Program-made: the position numbers and the translations under genes
From: the human T2T-CHM13v2.0 reference genome, Homo sapiens
DNA: 64,000 nucleotides
Reading direction: 5' to 3' (one strand)
Assembly: GCF_009914755.1 (NCBI RefSeq)
Contig: NC_060935.1
The notes under the pieces: model-generated
What the model was told of the DNA's origin: nothing
Seen by the model: the letters and a program-made list of their open reading frames with translations, nothing else
Database searches by the model: none
Part shown: in pieces, positions 21,073-37,475 of the stretch
Position numbering within the stretch: the stretch's first letter is position 1
Layout: the number at the start of each line of letters is the position of its first letter

Positions 21073-21148
21073 TTAGGTTGGTGCAAAAGTAATTGGGGTT
21101 TTTGCCATTACTTTCAATGGCAAAAAACACAATTACTTTTGCATCAAA
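21073..21148. mobile_element. MADE1 (Hsmar1-derived MITE)
   Basis: TTAGGTTGGTGCAAAAGTAATTG...CAATTACTTTTGCATCAA, near-palindromic, ~76 bp. Confidence 0.92.
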
Positions 21149-21869
21149 ACTTTCTACAGTTTTAAACTTCTTCCTCTGGGCCACAGGGTAGTACATGGTA
21201 ATAGTAGGGTCCCTGCTGTGCTCCCCATTTCTCATTCACAACTTACCTTGTGCTCCCTTTAAACTGGTTGTCCGTCAGCAGCCGATAGAAGGTGTTCATT
21301 TCCCATTCCCCTTCTAGTCCAGTCAGGTTTATATCATAATTTTTCTTACAGAGAAAAAAAAGTGTTAACAATGCTGGTTTGGACCCCTGTTATACTTTTA
21401 AGGTCAGAGAGATCTCTTTTACTGCTTAAGGCACAAGTCTGTTAAGGTTTTTATGATTTGCAAATGAAGTGGTTTTTTATCTTTTGCTATTAGACAGCTA
21501 AGGTATAAGAGAGTGCCTTCTACACCAAATAAATTAATCACTTAAATAATTTACAGCTCCAGGTATGTTTGCCAGACTAGCATAACTGAATAAAGTCAAC
21601 AGATTAAATGTTCCCTTGGCAATTGGCGAGGGTATGAGACACAGCACCTGGGCTGCACCACTGGGCCTCTCATTAAATCATAGGCAAGAGTTCAGAATGC
21701 TGAGGTCCCAGGTGACAGACAGGAGCTGATTTGAGAGGATAGAGCTTTCTTTCCCGTCTAGGTGTCATGGCAGTCATTACCCTTGATTCTAGGCAGTGGA
21801 AAACTCTCAGAAAAAGAGAGAGAGAGACAGGAGAGAGAGACAGGAAAGAGAGACAGAGTAGGGGTGAGC

Positions 21870-22588
<719 letters not shown>

Positions 22589-24673
22589 TAAAAGTCAAAC
22601 ATAATTATGAAATATTTTGTATATGGAGTCACTATTTATCACTGTCATGATCAGAACAAGAACTAGGCAGAAAAATAGAGAATATTTCCCTCTCTCCAAT
22701 TTCTAGGTTTTGACCAGAACCTGCTTGTGCCTAGGAAGAAAAGTGTAGTCTATAAAACTGATAGCAACAACAGAAAAACATCAGAGGGCAGGATCCAGGA
22801 ACCTATGCATAATATCCAGTTTACTTCTTGGGAAGGTTTTAAGTGTCAGAAACCAGTCATTTGATCTGTAACAAATGGAATTCTTACATGAAAATATGGT
22901 TTTAAATTTGCCCATTTAATGATGGGAGGGTTCAGATGGCCAGTGAGAAGTTGGGGTGGGGAGACAGCAGATATATGTGTTTAGCTGGGGGAAATTCCAC
23001 TTTTAGATCATATTCATTTCACCCAGTAGACACACAAGGCCCTCTCTTGAGGTCTCATAGGAAGCTAAGTGCTATAGGAACATATGAAAGGCAGAGCTGT
23101 GCTTATACTTCTTATCCATTGTTGGTACAGCTTCTCTGGAGATGAACGAGATAGGAAAAATAAAGGAAAAAGCCATTCCAGGTGTATTGGACACTGACAC
23201 TTGTAGTGATTACTAGACCTGGTCCTCTGATTGTCCTTTTAGGAAGGGGTGAGAATTGGAGGGAGAGAAGGTAAGAGTGGTGGTGTTGATGATTTAGAGT
23301 ACCTGATTCATAAAGCATCTGAATTTAAGGTAAAACCATTAAATTGGATTCGTTGCTGAATTATCACTGACCACACAAACCTTGTTATTTTCCCTTAAAA
23401 AGAAAAGGTGGAAGAGAAGCTTCCCATGCCTGGTTTATGAATATGGCCTTGAAAATGTCAACAGATGTATTGTCTTGTTGAGTCTGCAGCCAGGAAAGCA
23501 GAAATCAATGGCAGCAAAGCAGGTGTGAATGTCCCCCGACTTCAGAGGCAGTTCACTTTGAAGCTGGAAAATCAAGGACGCTGGTACCTTCAAGGAAACA
23601 AGAATATAATTATCACAACACCCAATTTGCCAGTGACCTTCCATTCCTCAGGCCTGCCCTACTCCCTTCGCTGGCACCAACCCAGGTCCTCACAGACTGA
23701 ACTCTGTGTCCCAGGCTGCTCAGATGGAGGAGCAACCCACTCAAGCACCCTTTGAAATTATTCTTAATCTCTTTCTACTACACTGCTTTCACTGACATAA
23801 ATCCGCCAGCCCAAGGGGCCTCAGACCCCTCCACGGAGGGAGGCCCATTCAGGCCAAGTGGAGTCAGAGCAGCTAAGCTGCAGAATTTATGCTTCCTCTC
23901 ACCTGCGCCGTCTGTCTATGGCCTCAGCTCTGGTCTGTTTTTGAAGGTTTGAGCATAACCCTGCAGCTTCTTGCCAAGTTGGCCATCATCACCTCTGTCA
24001 TAGAAGCAGATTTCGCAAGGCCATTGGAAGCTAATAACAGCGACTTTTAACTTCATTATTGTATTTGAAACGTTGAAAGCAGAAGCCTAATAAAAATGAG
24101 TTCAGGAAAAAAAGAAGAGCTATAAATTATTATTTGAAAGGAGTGGCTAAATAATTCATCTACTCAAAATACCTAGGGGCTATTTATCAGTTACAACAAT
24201 AATCTAATATTTGGTTTCCTTTCCTTCACAGTGCAAAAAGCCCTTTCTCTTAGCACGTACTCTTTTCTGCTTCTACAATTCAAGTGTCCAGAGTCAAGAG
24301 ATACATAACACTCCCTACCCAGTTCCTTCGCACACACATACACACATGTGCACATACATGCATGTGCACATACACGCGTGTGCACACACACAGCCTTGGT
24401 CTCAAGGGGTCCACTAAATGGTACTAATTATTTTAGACCACCAGGAACTTATCCCACATTGTCACCAATGAATACATGTTGCAGTTTAACATTTTATTTG
24501 TTTTAAAGTAACAGTAAAATTATATTTCCTTGATTTCACAAAGACTGCCTGTGCTAATCTGGTATATTTAATGGAAAAATGCCAGAAGCATTTATGCCCT
24601 GTAAAATAGAAAACAAACTGTGGATGGCCATATCACTATTATTATTATATAGGGTTTTGGAAAGTACAGATTA

Positions 24674-24989
<316 letters not shown>

Positions 24990-24990
24990 T

Positions 24991-25173
24991 TAGTGGTTCC
25001 TAAATGGTGAAAATTCTGCTTCGCAGGGGACACTTGGCAACATCTGGAACGATTTTTGGTTGTCACAACTTTGGGGAGCAGGGTGCCACTGGCACTCTCA
25101 GTTAGAGGCCAGGAATGCTGCTAAACATCCTACAATACACAGAACAGCTCCCAGGACAAAGAATCATCCAGCC
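24991..25173 (+). mobile_element. MER20 (hAT-Charlie), 3' truncated
   Basis: GGGGACACTTGGCAACATCTGGA...GAGGCCAGGAATGCTGCTAAACATCCTACAAT. Confidence 0.85.
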
Positions 25174-25558
25174 ACCCTGTTCTACACAATGCAACAAAAC
25201 ATAAATATGAGAGATAAAGTTTAGAAAATAACTGACTTTCATTGTCATTAATTGCAAATCACATGCATCACCTAGAAAAAAATCGAAAACATTAAACATT
25301 ATTAAAATCCACAAAAATAGTAAATAAGGTAGCTGGATAAAATGTTTTTGATTATGTGACAGACGATGAGTCTTGAATTTTCCTATGAGTTTATCTATCG
25401 TACGAAAATTTTCTGAGAATAAAAGGAATAATTTTACAAAAGAATACTTAGGAGGTTTTAAGATTACAGTTTTTATGAAGTTATAGGTTATAGTTAAACA
25501 AAAGTTATAATGCATTTCAAAACTATGAGAATAATTTAGAAATTTTAATGACCTAGAG

Positions 25559-25923
25559 CAAGGTTCCCCAAGCCCAGGGCTATGGATGGGTACCCATCTG
25601 TGGCCTATTAGGAGCCTGTCTACACAGCAGGAGGTGAGTGGTGAGCAGGCAAGCATTACTGCCTGAGATCCGCCTCCTTTCAGATCAGCTGCGGCAGGAG
25701 AACCTAAATTCTCATAGGAGCGCAAACCCTACTGTAAGCTGCACATGCGAGGGATCTAGGTTGGACGCTCTTTATGAGAAGCTAACTGATGATCTGCCTG
25801 ATGATCTGAGGTGGAACAGTTTCATCCCGAAACCGTCCTATCCCCCCACTCCACCCCCTGGTCTGTGGAAAAATTGTCTTCCACGAAACTGATCCCTGGT
25901 GCCAAAAAGGTTGGGGACTGCTG
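25559..25923 (+). mobile_element. MER1B (hAT-Charlie)
   Basis: TIRs CAAGGTTCCCCAA / TTGGGGACTGCTG; 8-bp TSD ACCTAGAG. Confidence 0.9.
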
Positions 25924-26028
25924 ACCTAGAGTACAACACTGGAATATAAAACATTATAGGAAACCCAATTAGAGATATGTTTCCAAGCCATAAGTTAGAT
26001 TTGAGGACATTTTTTAAAAGGTTGTTTA

Positions 26029-26327
26029 GGCCTGGCATGGTGGCTCACGTCTGTAATCCCAGCATTTTGGGAGGCCGAGGTGGGCAGGTCACCTGAGGTC
26101 AAGAGATCGAGACCAGCCTGGCCAACATGGTGAAACCCTGTCTCTACTAAAAACACAAAAATTAGCTGGGCATGGTGGCGGATGCCTGTAATCCCAACTA
26201 CTCGGGAGGCTGAGGCAGGAGAATCACTTGAACCCGCAAGGCGGAGGTTGCAGTGAGCTGAAATCACACCACTAAACTCCAGCCTGGGTGACAGAGCAAG
26301 ACTCTGTCTCAAAAAAAAAAAAAAAAA
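26029..26327 (+). mobile_element. AluS, followed by a TA/CA-rich simple repeat (26346-26500)
   Basis: Full dimer with A tail. Confidence 0.92.
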
Positions 26328-26937
26328 TAGCAGAAGGTAGCGAAGGTACGCGTACGTGTGTGTATATATGTATATACATACACACATACACATACAAGTA
26401 TACATATATACATACACACATACACATACATACACATATACACATACATACATATAAATATATAAATACGCACATATAGTATACACGTACATACACATGT
26501 AAACATCTCTTTTAGAAGAGAACCATTTCCCAAGTGTTTTTGAATGAGGGTAGTATTCCAATGCATCGTTGGAAATCAAGAGATAGTCTACAGCAATAGA
26601 TCATTATGATCCAGTAGACATAAACTTTTTGAGGGGAAAGCCCATATTTTATTCATCTTTCTGTCTCCATAACTGACACATACCAGGAACCCAATAAATG
26701 TTCACAAATTTAATGCAACAATGGAGTTCTCACTACAGTGATGGAGAGGTTCATGATGCCTGTTAGACATCCAGGAGGAGTGGAGCAAGCCAGCCTGCAG
26801 AGATCAATAAGCCTCAAGGCCCAGGCTCTAGCTAATACCTTCAGAACTTGAAATTTGAGGATTTTTACCTGTTTACAGAGGTGGAAGGAACAGATTTCCA
26901 GAAGTAACGAGAATAAAAAAATAATTAGAAAATTTCA

Positions 26938-27186
<249 letters not shown>

Positions 27187-27190
<4 letters not shown>

Positions 27191-27209
27191 GAAAGAGAGA
27201 AAGAAAGAG

Positions 27210-27287
<78 letters not shown>

Positions 27288-27427
27288 GAAGGAAGGAAGG
27301 AAGGAAGGAAGGAAGGAAGGAAGGAAGGAAGGAAAGAGAGAGAGAGAGAGAAAGAAAGGAAGGAAGGAAGGAGGGAAGGAGAGAGAGAGAGAAAGAAAGA
27401 AAGAAAGAGAGAGACAGAAAAAGACAA

Positions 27428-27458
<31 letters not shown>

Positions 27459-27680
27459 AAGGGAAAGAAAGAAAGAGGGAGGGAGGAAAGAAGGAAAGAA
27501 AGAAAGAGACAGGAAAGGAGAGGAGAGGAAACGAAAGAAAGGAAAGGAAGACGGAAGAAAAGAAGGAATGAAGGAAGGAAGGAAGGAAAGAAGGAGGAAG
27601 GGAGGAAAGGAGGAAAGGGGCATGGGGGAGGGAGGGAGGGAGGGGAAAGAAAGAAAGAGAGAAAGAAAGAAAGAAGAAAA
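27187..27680 (+). repeat. ~490 bp polypurine compound microsatellite (GAAA)n (GGAA)12 (GA)n
   Basis: Read directly. Confidence 0.97.
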
Positions 27681-28795
27681 TCTCAAAATTTCATTTGAGC
27701 TATGACTTTTAAACTTCTGATCTTCCCAAGCTTTTTCTAATTATCTAGGCTTTTTTCCTAACCTGATTGCTACCTCCTCCCACCCCAAATAAAATCTATA
27801 TATGTTCAAGTTCAAGTTGGTTCCAGCATGGTAACAACAAGGCCATCACTACCAGCAGGACTGAATGTACCTTTTACAGTACACTCCAGAAACCAGCGAT
27901 TCTCTGTTTGCTGACACTTTCTTAGGACCACCATGAACTCAGGCACTCCTTCCACATTTCAGTTTGTTGGGCTACTGGCTGCCTGGGACTTCTTTGTCAT
28001 TTCAGAGTTTTTCTAGGTTGGCAAAGGAGGAAAATTGGGGGTCGATCTTATTCAAACAACTCTGCAATGTGTCAGGAGATTCATCAGTGTCCTTATCACT
28101 TATGTTTTCTCATATTGGTTATAAGTCAGGGTCATTGTGATTTTTTCAGACAGCGTATGAAAGGGGAGAGGCAATAGATCACTGCAGAAATAAAGGACTG
28201 AGCTACCCCTAAAAGCAGATGTCTTTTCTCATGAATGTGGGAGATTTATGTGCCCAATTCTTCACTATTCATTGCTTGGGAGGTGGGTGAGAGATTTGGC
28301 TTCAACATTTATTGACCTATACAGCATAGGGTAAGTACTCTTGCTTATGTTAATTCCATTTAATCCTCAAAGCCACACTGAGAGGTGGTATTATTATCTC
28401 ATATGAAAGTAGGAGAAAATGAGGCTCTGAGTGTGAGCAACTTACCCAAAACCAAGCCACCTGTGAGTGGCAAGAGCCGGCCTTCAAACCCAGGAATTTA
28501 GGGGCTCTTACTCCCATGTCACATTTTAGGCTCATAATATGAAAAAATAATGAAATATCTAAGTGCAAAACAGATAGTTCCTAAGCCCAGTGTTAGCCAA
28601 AAATGACCTGTCCTCTCCTTTAAAAGGAAATATCTGTGCAGGAACAATTTCACTTTTGAATATGAAGATTACACTCTTAGTTACCAGGAGAAAGTGGGTA
28701 AACACTTCATTAAATGCCTGAAAGATGTCATAATGAAGGCAGGGATTTTCCTTTTTCCATTTGCTCAAAAGCATGTCCAAATCCACACCCATAAG

Positions 28796-28797
28796 AC

Positions 28798-28846
<49 letters not shown>
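28796..28846. repeat. (CA)n microsatellite between two antisense MIR fragments (~28300-28520, ~28880-29070)
   Basis: Read directly; MIR core ATTTTACAGATGAGGAAACTGA at ~28982. Confidence 0.9.
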
Positions 28847-28849
<3 letters not shown>

Positions 28850-29458
28850 TGAGAAAGGAGAAAGAAAGAACTAAAGAATTAATATTCATTAAGTGTGTAC
28901 TCGGGGAAGATACCATATTAAATGCTTTCCATGCCTCAATTTTTGCAGCAATCCTGTGAGGCAAATACTATTATCTCCCCTATTTTACAGATGAGGAAAC
29001 TGAATCCTTAAAGTCAAGTATCTTACTGGCAGTACCCAAAGCTTATGAGGCCAGACTCAAGATTCCAACCCAAGTGGGCCTAAGTAACATCTCTTTTTCT
29101 CTGCAGCCTGATGCACACCATTTGAAAACAGAACTCCTGTTGAAATGGCCACTCTCAAATTTCACTCACAGTGTGAAAATTGGTAACTTTCAGGCTGACT
29201 CCTTAGTGGTTTTGATCCAATCATAAAAACAAGCTTACTCTTTTGGCCTAGCAATTTCATTTCTAGGAGTTTTTCCTAAGGGAATAATCAGATACATAAG
29301 TGCAAACGTTGTACAAGTAAATTCTATACATCGTTACTTAAGTTATTTATTATTGAGTTATTTATATTGTTACCTTGTTACTAAGCTATTATTTAAGCTA
29401 TTAGACTCAAATGTCTAATAAGAGATAGACTAAATTCATTATGGTACATTCATACTGA

Positions 29459-29753
<295 letters not shown>

Positions 29754-29916
29754 TGAAAATTGTATGAAGTCATTAAAAGTCCTATTGTAGATGACTATTC
29801 GATGATATGAGACACTCCTGTAACATATTAAATACGGAAGCAGATGGCATACAAATTGTATAATATCCATACAGGGTATATAATTTGCATTTAAAATATG
29901 TATATGCATATATATA

Positions 29917-30202
29917 TTTGAGACGGGGTCTTGCTCTGTTGCCCAGGCTAAAATGCAGTGGTGCAGTCTTGGCTCACTGCAGCCTTGATGTCCTGGGCTC
30001 AAGTGATCTTCCCATGTCAGCCTCCTGAGTAGCTGGGACTACAGGCACACACCTCTATGCCTGGGTAACTGTGCTATTTTTTTTGTAGAGATGGAGTCTT
30101 GCTGTGTTGCTCAGGCAGTCTCAAACTCTTGGCCTCAAGAGATCATCCTACCTCAGCCTCCCAAAGCACTAGGATTACATGTGTGAGCCACCGTGCCTGG
30201 CC
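29917..30202 (-). mobile_element. AluJ
   Basis: CCTGGGCTCAAGTGATC antisense dimer. Confidence 0.88.
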
Positions 30203-30339
30203 TTGAAAAAAATATTGAAAGAGATACACTACACTTTTTCAAAACATATGACTGTTTAGTTTGGCTCAAGGCTGACAACAGGCCTTCTTTAGCCAGAGGT
30301 TCGATGCAGAGTTTTTAATGAGGTCCTGTAAGGGTCAGC

Positions 30340-30860
30340 ATGTCTCCACATTGCACATGGGAACGAAGTCCAGACTGCTTAATACAGGATGCAAAACCTT
30401 AAATGAATCTGGCCTTCTGACCACCTATGCACTTTTGCATTGCTCATGATGCCTCAGCCACAAGGCCTTTTTGAGCTCCTAAGTTTCACCTGCTCAACCC
30501 TACTCCTGTGCAGGGCCTTTGCACATGCTGCCACTTCTGCCTGGGGTGCATTCCCCCATTCTCCCATGGCTGCCTTATTTCTTTAGGTCTCAGCTTACAC
30601 GGCACCTCCTCAGGGGGTCCTTCCCTGACTACCTACTGTAATGTAGGCTTCCCCTTTTATTCTCTCACATAGCATCCTGTTCCTTTTGTTTTCTAGCACA
30701 TACCACAATTTGTGATTTTTTCATGTGTTTACTTATTCGATGCCTACTGGCTTGTAGAATCTACTAAGCTCAGTGAGGGTAAGAGCCATGCCTTTTTTTT
30801 TCAGGTGCCTACTAAGAGGTTATTAATGGTAGGCAATCAATAAATATTTGTGGAATGAAT
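30340..30860 (+). mobile_element. L2 3' region
   Basis: CAGGGCCTTTGCACATGCTG...CAATAAATATTTGTGGAATGAAT. Confidence 0.8.
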
Positions 30861-30945
30861 GTACAAAATTACTATGAAGTTATTAGGCACTGACTCCATA
30901 CCTAGCAAACTGCCATGGAAGGTTTAGAAGCCTGTTGGAGAAAAG

Positions 30946-31327
<382 letters not shown>

Positions 31328-31744
31328 TCATCCCTGCAAGGAAATGCTTCACTTATTTCTAAACCATTCTCCAAAAATGGCTCATTGGAGATGAACTGTC
31401 TTACATCCTACAAGTAATATGAACTGAAGAGAAGTATCACTGAGCACAGGCTTCCCATTATCCTAAAGTATCTAGGGCCAGATACAGACATGATGTAGAA
31501 CCAGCCTGTGCTGCTCTGGAAGTGCTCACAGCTCCTTTTGTCTCATGCAGTCCCTCTAAAGCTGACTGTCTTCTTTGAGCAAGGAGAGAGAAACTGCTAG
31601 ACTATAGTCCGAGGGCTTCTCCCAAAGCCCTTGAGAACCACTGTGCTTCTCTAGGGCCCTGGTTCTCAAGTAGACATCATCACGTGCCTTGAAGAGCCAC
31701 ATGGAAAACTAAAATGGTGGGAAAAGGAAAAAACAAATTCCCTG

Positions 31745-32133
<389 letters not shown>

Positions 32134-32815
32134 TTAAGGACAATTATGGGAAGAAATAGAATAGATAAAGCTAAATATTAACTTAATATTTTTTCTCCTG
32201 CAGATTAGAAAATGGCAACTCCTATCTGACTCCAGAAGCCAAACATGTAGGAGAAACTTAAGGCCCATCAGTGTTCCTGGGGAATGTTGTCCATGGACTA
32301 GAAAACTGGGTGTGTGGGGTGGGGGCTGGGGATGGTGTTAATATTTTCCAAGCCCCATTCAAATAGCAACTACTATCTCCTACCATGTACTCTATGCTGC
32401 TATCAATTTCTCCAGCAGTTGATGGCAAATTCACCTCATAAATCAATCTATACAAGAGGTCAGAGGCCAACCACAGCCAATTAAAACCTCTCTGCAATAA
32501 TTCATCCAAGATCTGAGTAAGGATTTTTTTCAAGTCCTAGGAGGCTCTTGTTTATTCTAATCAGATCAGTAGAGGAAGAACTAAATTCTAATCAGAATCA
32601 GTAGTGCAGGACTCGCATTTTTCTCTTATCCTAGAGCACAAAGTCAGATATTTTTATAAGAGAAGGAAGAGGAAAAGGAGAAAGATATGAGGAAAGAGTG
32701 GGCTGAAGAAATAGAGGCCTTTTCTTTACATTAAGGAAAAGCTCTCCCCCAAGTTGGACCTGCTTCTAGTGGCTTCATCCTGGAGAGGTTCTATTCCAAC
32801 CTCCTGGAGCTCTGA

Positions 32816-33233
<418 letters not shown>

Positions 33234-33348
33234 CAAGTGTGTTGCTTTTTAGGAAACTTCAGACTAGAGGTTACCCAGGTGTGAGAAAGTACTGGAAAAC
33301 TAGGAGGCTATATGGCATATACTGTAAGTATATAAATATATAACTGCA

Positions 33349-33351
<3 letters not shown>

Positions 33352-33390
<39 letters not shown>
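33352..33390. repeat. (CA)n microsatellite, followed by a MIR fragment (~33410-33575)
   Basis: Read directly; TTTCTCATCTGTAAGATGGG MIR core. Confidence 0.9.
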
Positions 33391-33393
<3 letters not shown>

Positions 33394-36009
33394 TAACAAT
33401 AAGATCGTAGCTATATTTTCACCTGGACAAATTACTTAGCTTTTGAAACTTGTGTTTCTCATCTGTAAGATGGGCAGTAATAACAGTACAAACCTACAGG
33501 CACGTGGTAGATTAATGAGATGTTTGCAAATTTCTAGCATGCTCTCTACCCCCAGAGTGCTCACTCAATGCTGGCTATACCTTAAAACAACATTAGACTC
33601 TAGGCCCTGCTGCAGGGCTCCCTGGTTATCAGCTCATTCGGTTTCAAGCTCCTCCCTCCAGCCCCAGGTCCAGCCTGCCTCTTGACTGAACTTTCTTGGT
33701 ACTGAGGTCGGGACTGAGGTACTGCAGGCTCCTGTAGGCGAGTTGCCAACAGCCAGCCTCAACCTCCTCCCTGTGGCAGAGCCCCCCAATGGACAGCCCA
33801 GCACACTCCCAAGTGATTTGCAAGGCTCTGATTTAATCTGTCTCCCAGACTGCCTCAGGCACATAAGCAGACCTTCTAGCTACTTTTGAAAACAAAATGC
33901 CTTATTTTTATTTTCTCAATGTGAATATTTTTAAAAATTGCTTATTGCAACAATTTGCACAGATTTGAGGTGTACAATGAAAAAAATAAAGTTTCCCTAT
34001 CTCCACCCCTTTTACGTTACCTCCCATTCCATTACCCCCATCCTGTGAGCCAATGGTAATGGTTTTGTGAATATCCTTCCATGACTTGTAAATACTTTCA
34101 AAAACGTTGATACATGCACATGCAATCATGTAGACATATGATAAATATTGCTCTGTAACTTGCTTTCTTTCTCCCCACTGGCCAAAGTATCATGGACATC
34201 TTTCCCAGCTATTATCTAGAATAATAGCTGGCAAATCACAGGCAAAGCTGTGAGGTCTTTACCAAGTTCTACAAGAGGCTCAACAAAGTAATCAAAACAT
34301 CTGCTTTGTCTTGCTCATTGTTACTATCTTTCCAATTTCATCCAAGGAGGTCCAGGGTATTAGGCTCCAAAGCCTAGTCTGGGATGAGGAATTATGTCAA
34401 AGAACTCATAACTGTTTTATTTCTCTGTAAAACTAGAGAAGCTATGGCTATTCACGGTCCGTTTCTCTCTTTCCTGGGAAATACTTGTTGATGTCAGCTT
34501 TTCTCTAGATTTTAAGACATATGCAAGGGAAAAGTGGGAGCAAGAGACACTGTCTTCCCCTTAGAGGTCTCTCTGCAGCTACCAACACCACACGGCTCTA
34601 TCTGAGGACAAGGAAGCAGTGTGTGTGCTTGTGCAGACAAGTTTCGCCCACTCTGGGGTTGCCACGTACAGGATGGCTAGGACCTGAATGACATTAGTCA
34701 AGTACGCAAGGCCCTTAGAAAGCACATCACAATAAAGAGTATAGCCAAGAATTTACTCCAATGTTGGAATAGCTAGCATTTTAATGAAACTGGCTGGAGT
34801 GAGTCCAAAAGTAGACTTAGAAGTCACCTTTCTCTTCAAGTCATAGGCAATTTCTGAAAAAACAAACATGAGGTGGAATCCCGTCCTACACTCAGGATTC
34901 CAGAGAGGGAGGAGGGAAGAGTGGAAGTTCACAGTAGTTGTGCCAACCCAACTGTTCTCTTCTCTTGTTCTGTATCAAGTCAATCCCATCAGGAGGGAAA
35001 GACCCGTCTAGAGGGATAAGGATGTTCTTGGGATGAGGAATTTGGGTGTCTCTCAACTCTGCCAGGAAGACAAGATACCAACACACCCTCACATCCACCT
35101 TGTGTTGGTACAGAAGAATATGTAAAGAGACACTGAGTGAATCAAGACATACACGAGACATGTGAAAAAGACATACAGGAGAATATGTAAAGAGACACAC
35201 CTGAGTGAAACAAGATAAGAGTAAAAAAAAAAAAAAGTAAGTATCTGGGAAGAGAAAAGAGTGCTCTGACACCAGACTTAAGCCCCTAAATCCTACCTAG
35301 CTCTAACAAGGAGAAGGAGGCTCCTTCCAGCTGGAAACAGACCAGACTTCGTAAAGTTATCACTCACCCACCTTGTTTATTATTGTCTGAGAGCCTGAGA
35401 AAGGGGCTGTGTTTTCGGTAGGCTAAAGGGAAATGAGAACACTTCATGTGGGATTCACGAGCATCGTGGAGCCTGATAGAGATTAGAAAGCAAAGGTCAC
35501 ATGGCATGGAGAACCTCAGCGACAAACACACATATACATTCTCTAATCACACTCTGGGTATGTGTTTATCACTAGGCTGTAAGCTTCCTGAAGAGGGGTG
35601 GGTGTTTTATTCCCTGTCCACCCTGTGTCAGTCATCCTTTAACAGGAAATGAGATTTATGAGTCAGGAGCTCAATAAACATTTGTGAAATGAACTCAGTC
35701 AGAGAAGAGGCTCTATTCTGATTGTCAGTAGAAACAACTTCATCTTCAGCTAATAATGTTCAGAGTCTGGCATATAAGGGACTAGACTAGCCAGGGCACG
35801 AGGAATAGACAAGCAAAAGTTAAAGAAGATGTTGCCTCCAGCCTTCCCAATGGATTGAATAGAGTAGCCATCTGCTACTCCATGGATGACTCCATCTGTT
35901 TAAATTTTTTTTCAACTTTCTCACTGAAATTATCTTAACATGATAGTCAAATCTCCTTCATTCCCGATTTTGGACATGAGACTTAAAATATTTATTTTTA
36001 TAATTATTT

Positions 36010-36298
36010 ATTTTTGGGACTGGGTCTCACTGTGTCACCCAAGCCAAAGTGCAGTGGTGCGATCACAGCTCACTACAACCTCAACTTCCCAGGCTCAGGT
36101 GATCCTCCCACCTCAGCCTCCTGAGTAGCTGGGACTACAGGCACATACTACCATGCCTAACTTACTTTTTGGGTTTTTTGGAGAGACGGGGTCTCACTAT
36201 GTTGCCCAGGCTGTTCTCAAATTTCTGGGCTCAAGCAATCCACCCACCTCAGCCTCCCAAAGTGTTGGGATTCCAGGCAACAGCCACCATGCCTAGAC
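36010..36298 (-). mobile_element. AluJ
   Basis: CAGGCTCAGGTGATCCTCCCACC antisense dimer. Confidence 0.88.
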
Positions 36299-37165
36299 TT
36301 TTAAATATATACATATATTTATAAATATATAAATATAATATTTATAAATATTATAAAATATATATAGTTTTAAGGAATATGAGTAGGTCCCCTAGCCTAG
36401 AACCTGATGTATGCTCTCAGATCCTGGTTTCCTTCTCTTTCCCACGCTTTGAGCTTTACTTCATGAAAGTTTGAGTAAAGGCATGCAGATTCTTTCCTGA
36501 GAGCCTGATTTGACAGGAGAAAGAGGCATGAAGGCCAAGGAGGAGTTCAGTGGGGAGCTGGCGGAAAGGTGCTGTTTTGGTGAGCGCTCCTAGCTTGCTA
36601 GCAGACGAGGACTACTCATGGGAACAGCTGCAAAATCAAGGTCACTAGATGCTTAGAAGCCAGATTGAACACACACAAGACCGTGTTTCAGGAAAAGTCC
36701 AACTGACCAGAACCTAACTCAGACTCTCCTCAGAAAACTCTTTCTGTAGTAGACTTTGTTATGGTTATAATGTATCTAGTTCATTCCCCACTGTAAAAAA
36801 CAAAAACAAAAACAAAACACACTTGCTGACAGACTTGATGAAGAATGCTGTGCTTACTTTCTGCAAACATGACCTAGAAAAAAGTGACAATGGAAGATGC
36901 CCCACTGTAGCAGATAACAGAGGTGAAACCTTTCTCCAATCTCACCCCCATTTTGAACAATAAAATTTAAATTATTTAGAAATTTAAATTATCTGTGGCC
37001 AACTATAACATTTTCTTTCCAGAGATTTACAATGTGAAATGATTAAATGTGTTATTTTGTTCTAAAGTGTTTAAAGTTCTACAGTGAGACACAGGAAACG
37101 AAAGGAAGACTCCTCAGGTTCCTTAGAAATAAGGAAACCTGAGGATAAGAAAATGGTATGATAGG

Positions 37166-37475
37166 GGCTAGGTGTGGTGGCTCACGCCTGTAATCCCAAC
37201 ACTTTGGGAGACCAAGTGGGAAGATCACTTGAGGTCAGGAGTACGAGATTAGCCTGGGCAACATGGTGAAACCCCATCTCTACTAAAAAATACAAAAATT
37301 AAGTGGGCATGGTGGTGCATGCCTGTAATTCCACTACTCAGGAGGCTGAGGCAGGAGGATTGCTTGAACCCAGGAAGCAGAGGTTACAGTGAGTCAAGAT
37401 CACGCCACTGCACTCCAACCTGGGTAACAGGGTGAGACTCCATCTCAAAAAAGAAAAGGAAAAAAAAAAGAAAGA
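37166..37475 (+). mobile_element. AluS
   Basis: TSD AAGAAAATGGTATGA. Confidence 0.92.

Noticed and set aside
32204-32246. Possible 43-nt plus-strand exon (TTTTTTCTCCTGCAG acceptor, CAT/GTAGGA donor)
   Set aside because: Weak donor and unrecognised peptide; such sites arise by chance and would need RNA-seq support.
32308-32331. Canonical G-quadruplex motif
   Set aside because: A single motif of a very common class, with no supporting context.
36303-36366. 22-bp perfect AT palindrome
   Set aside because: A/T-only low-complexity sequence, where palindromes are expected by chance.
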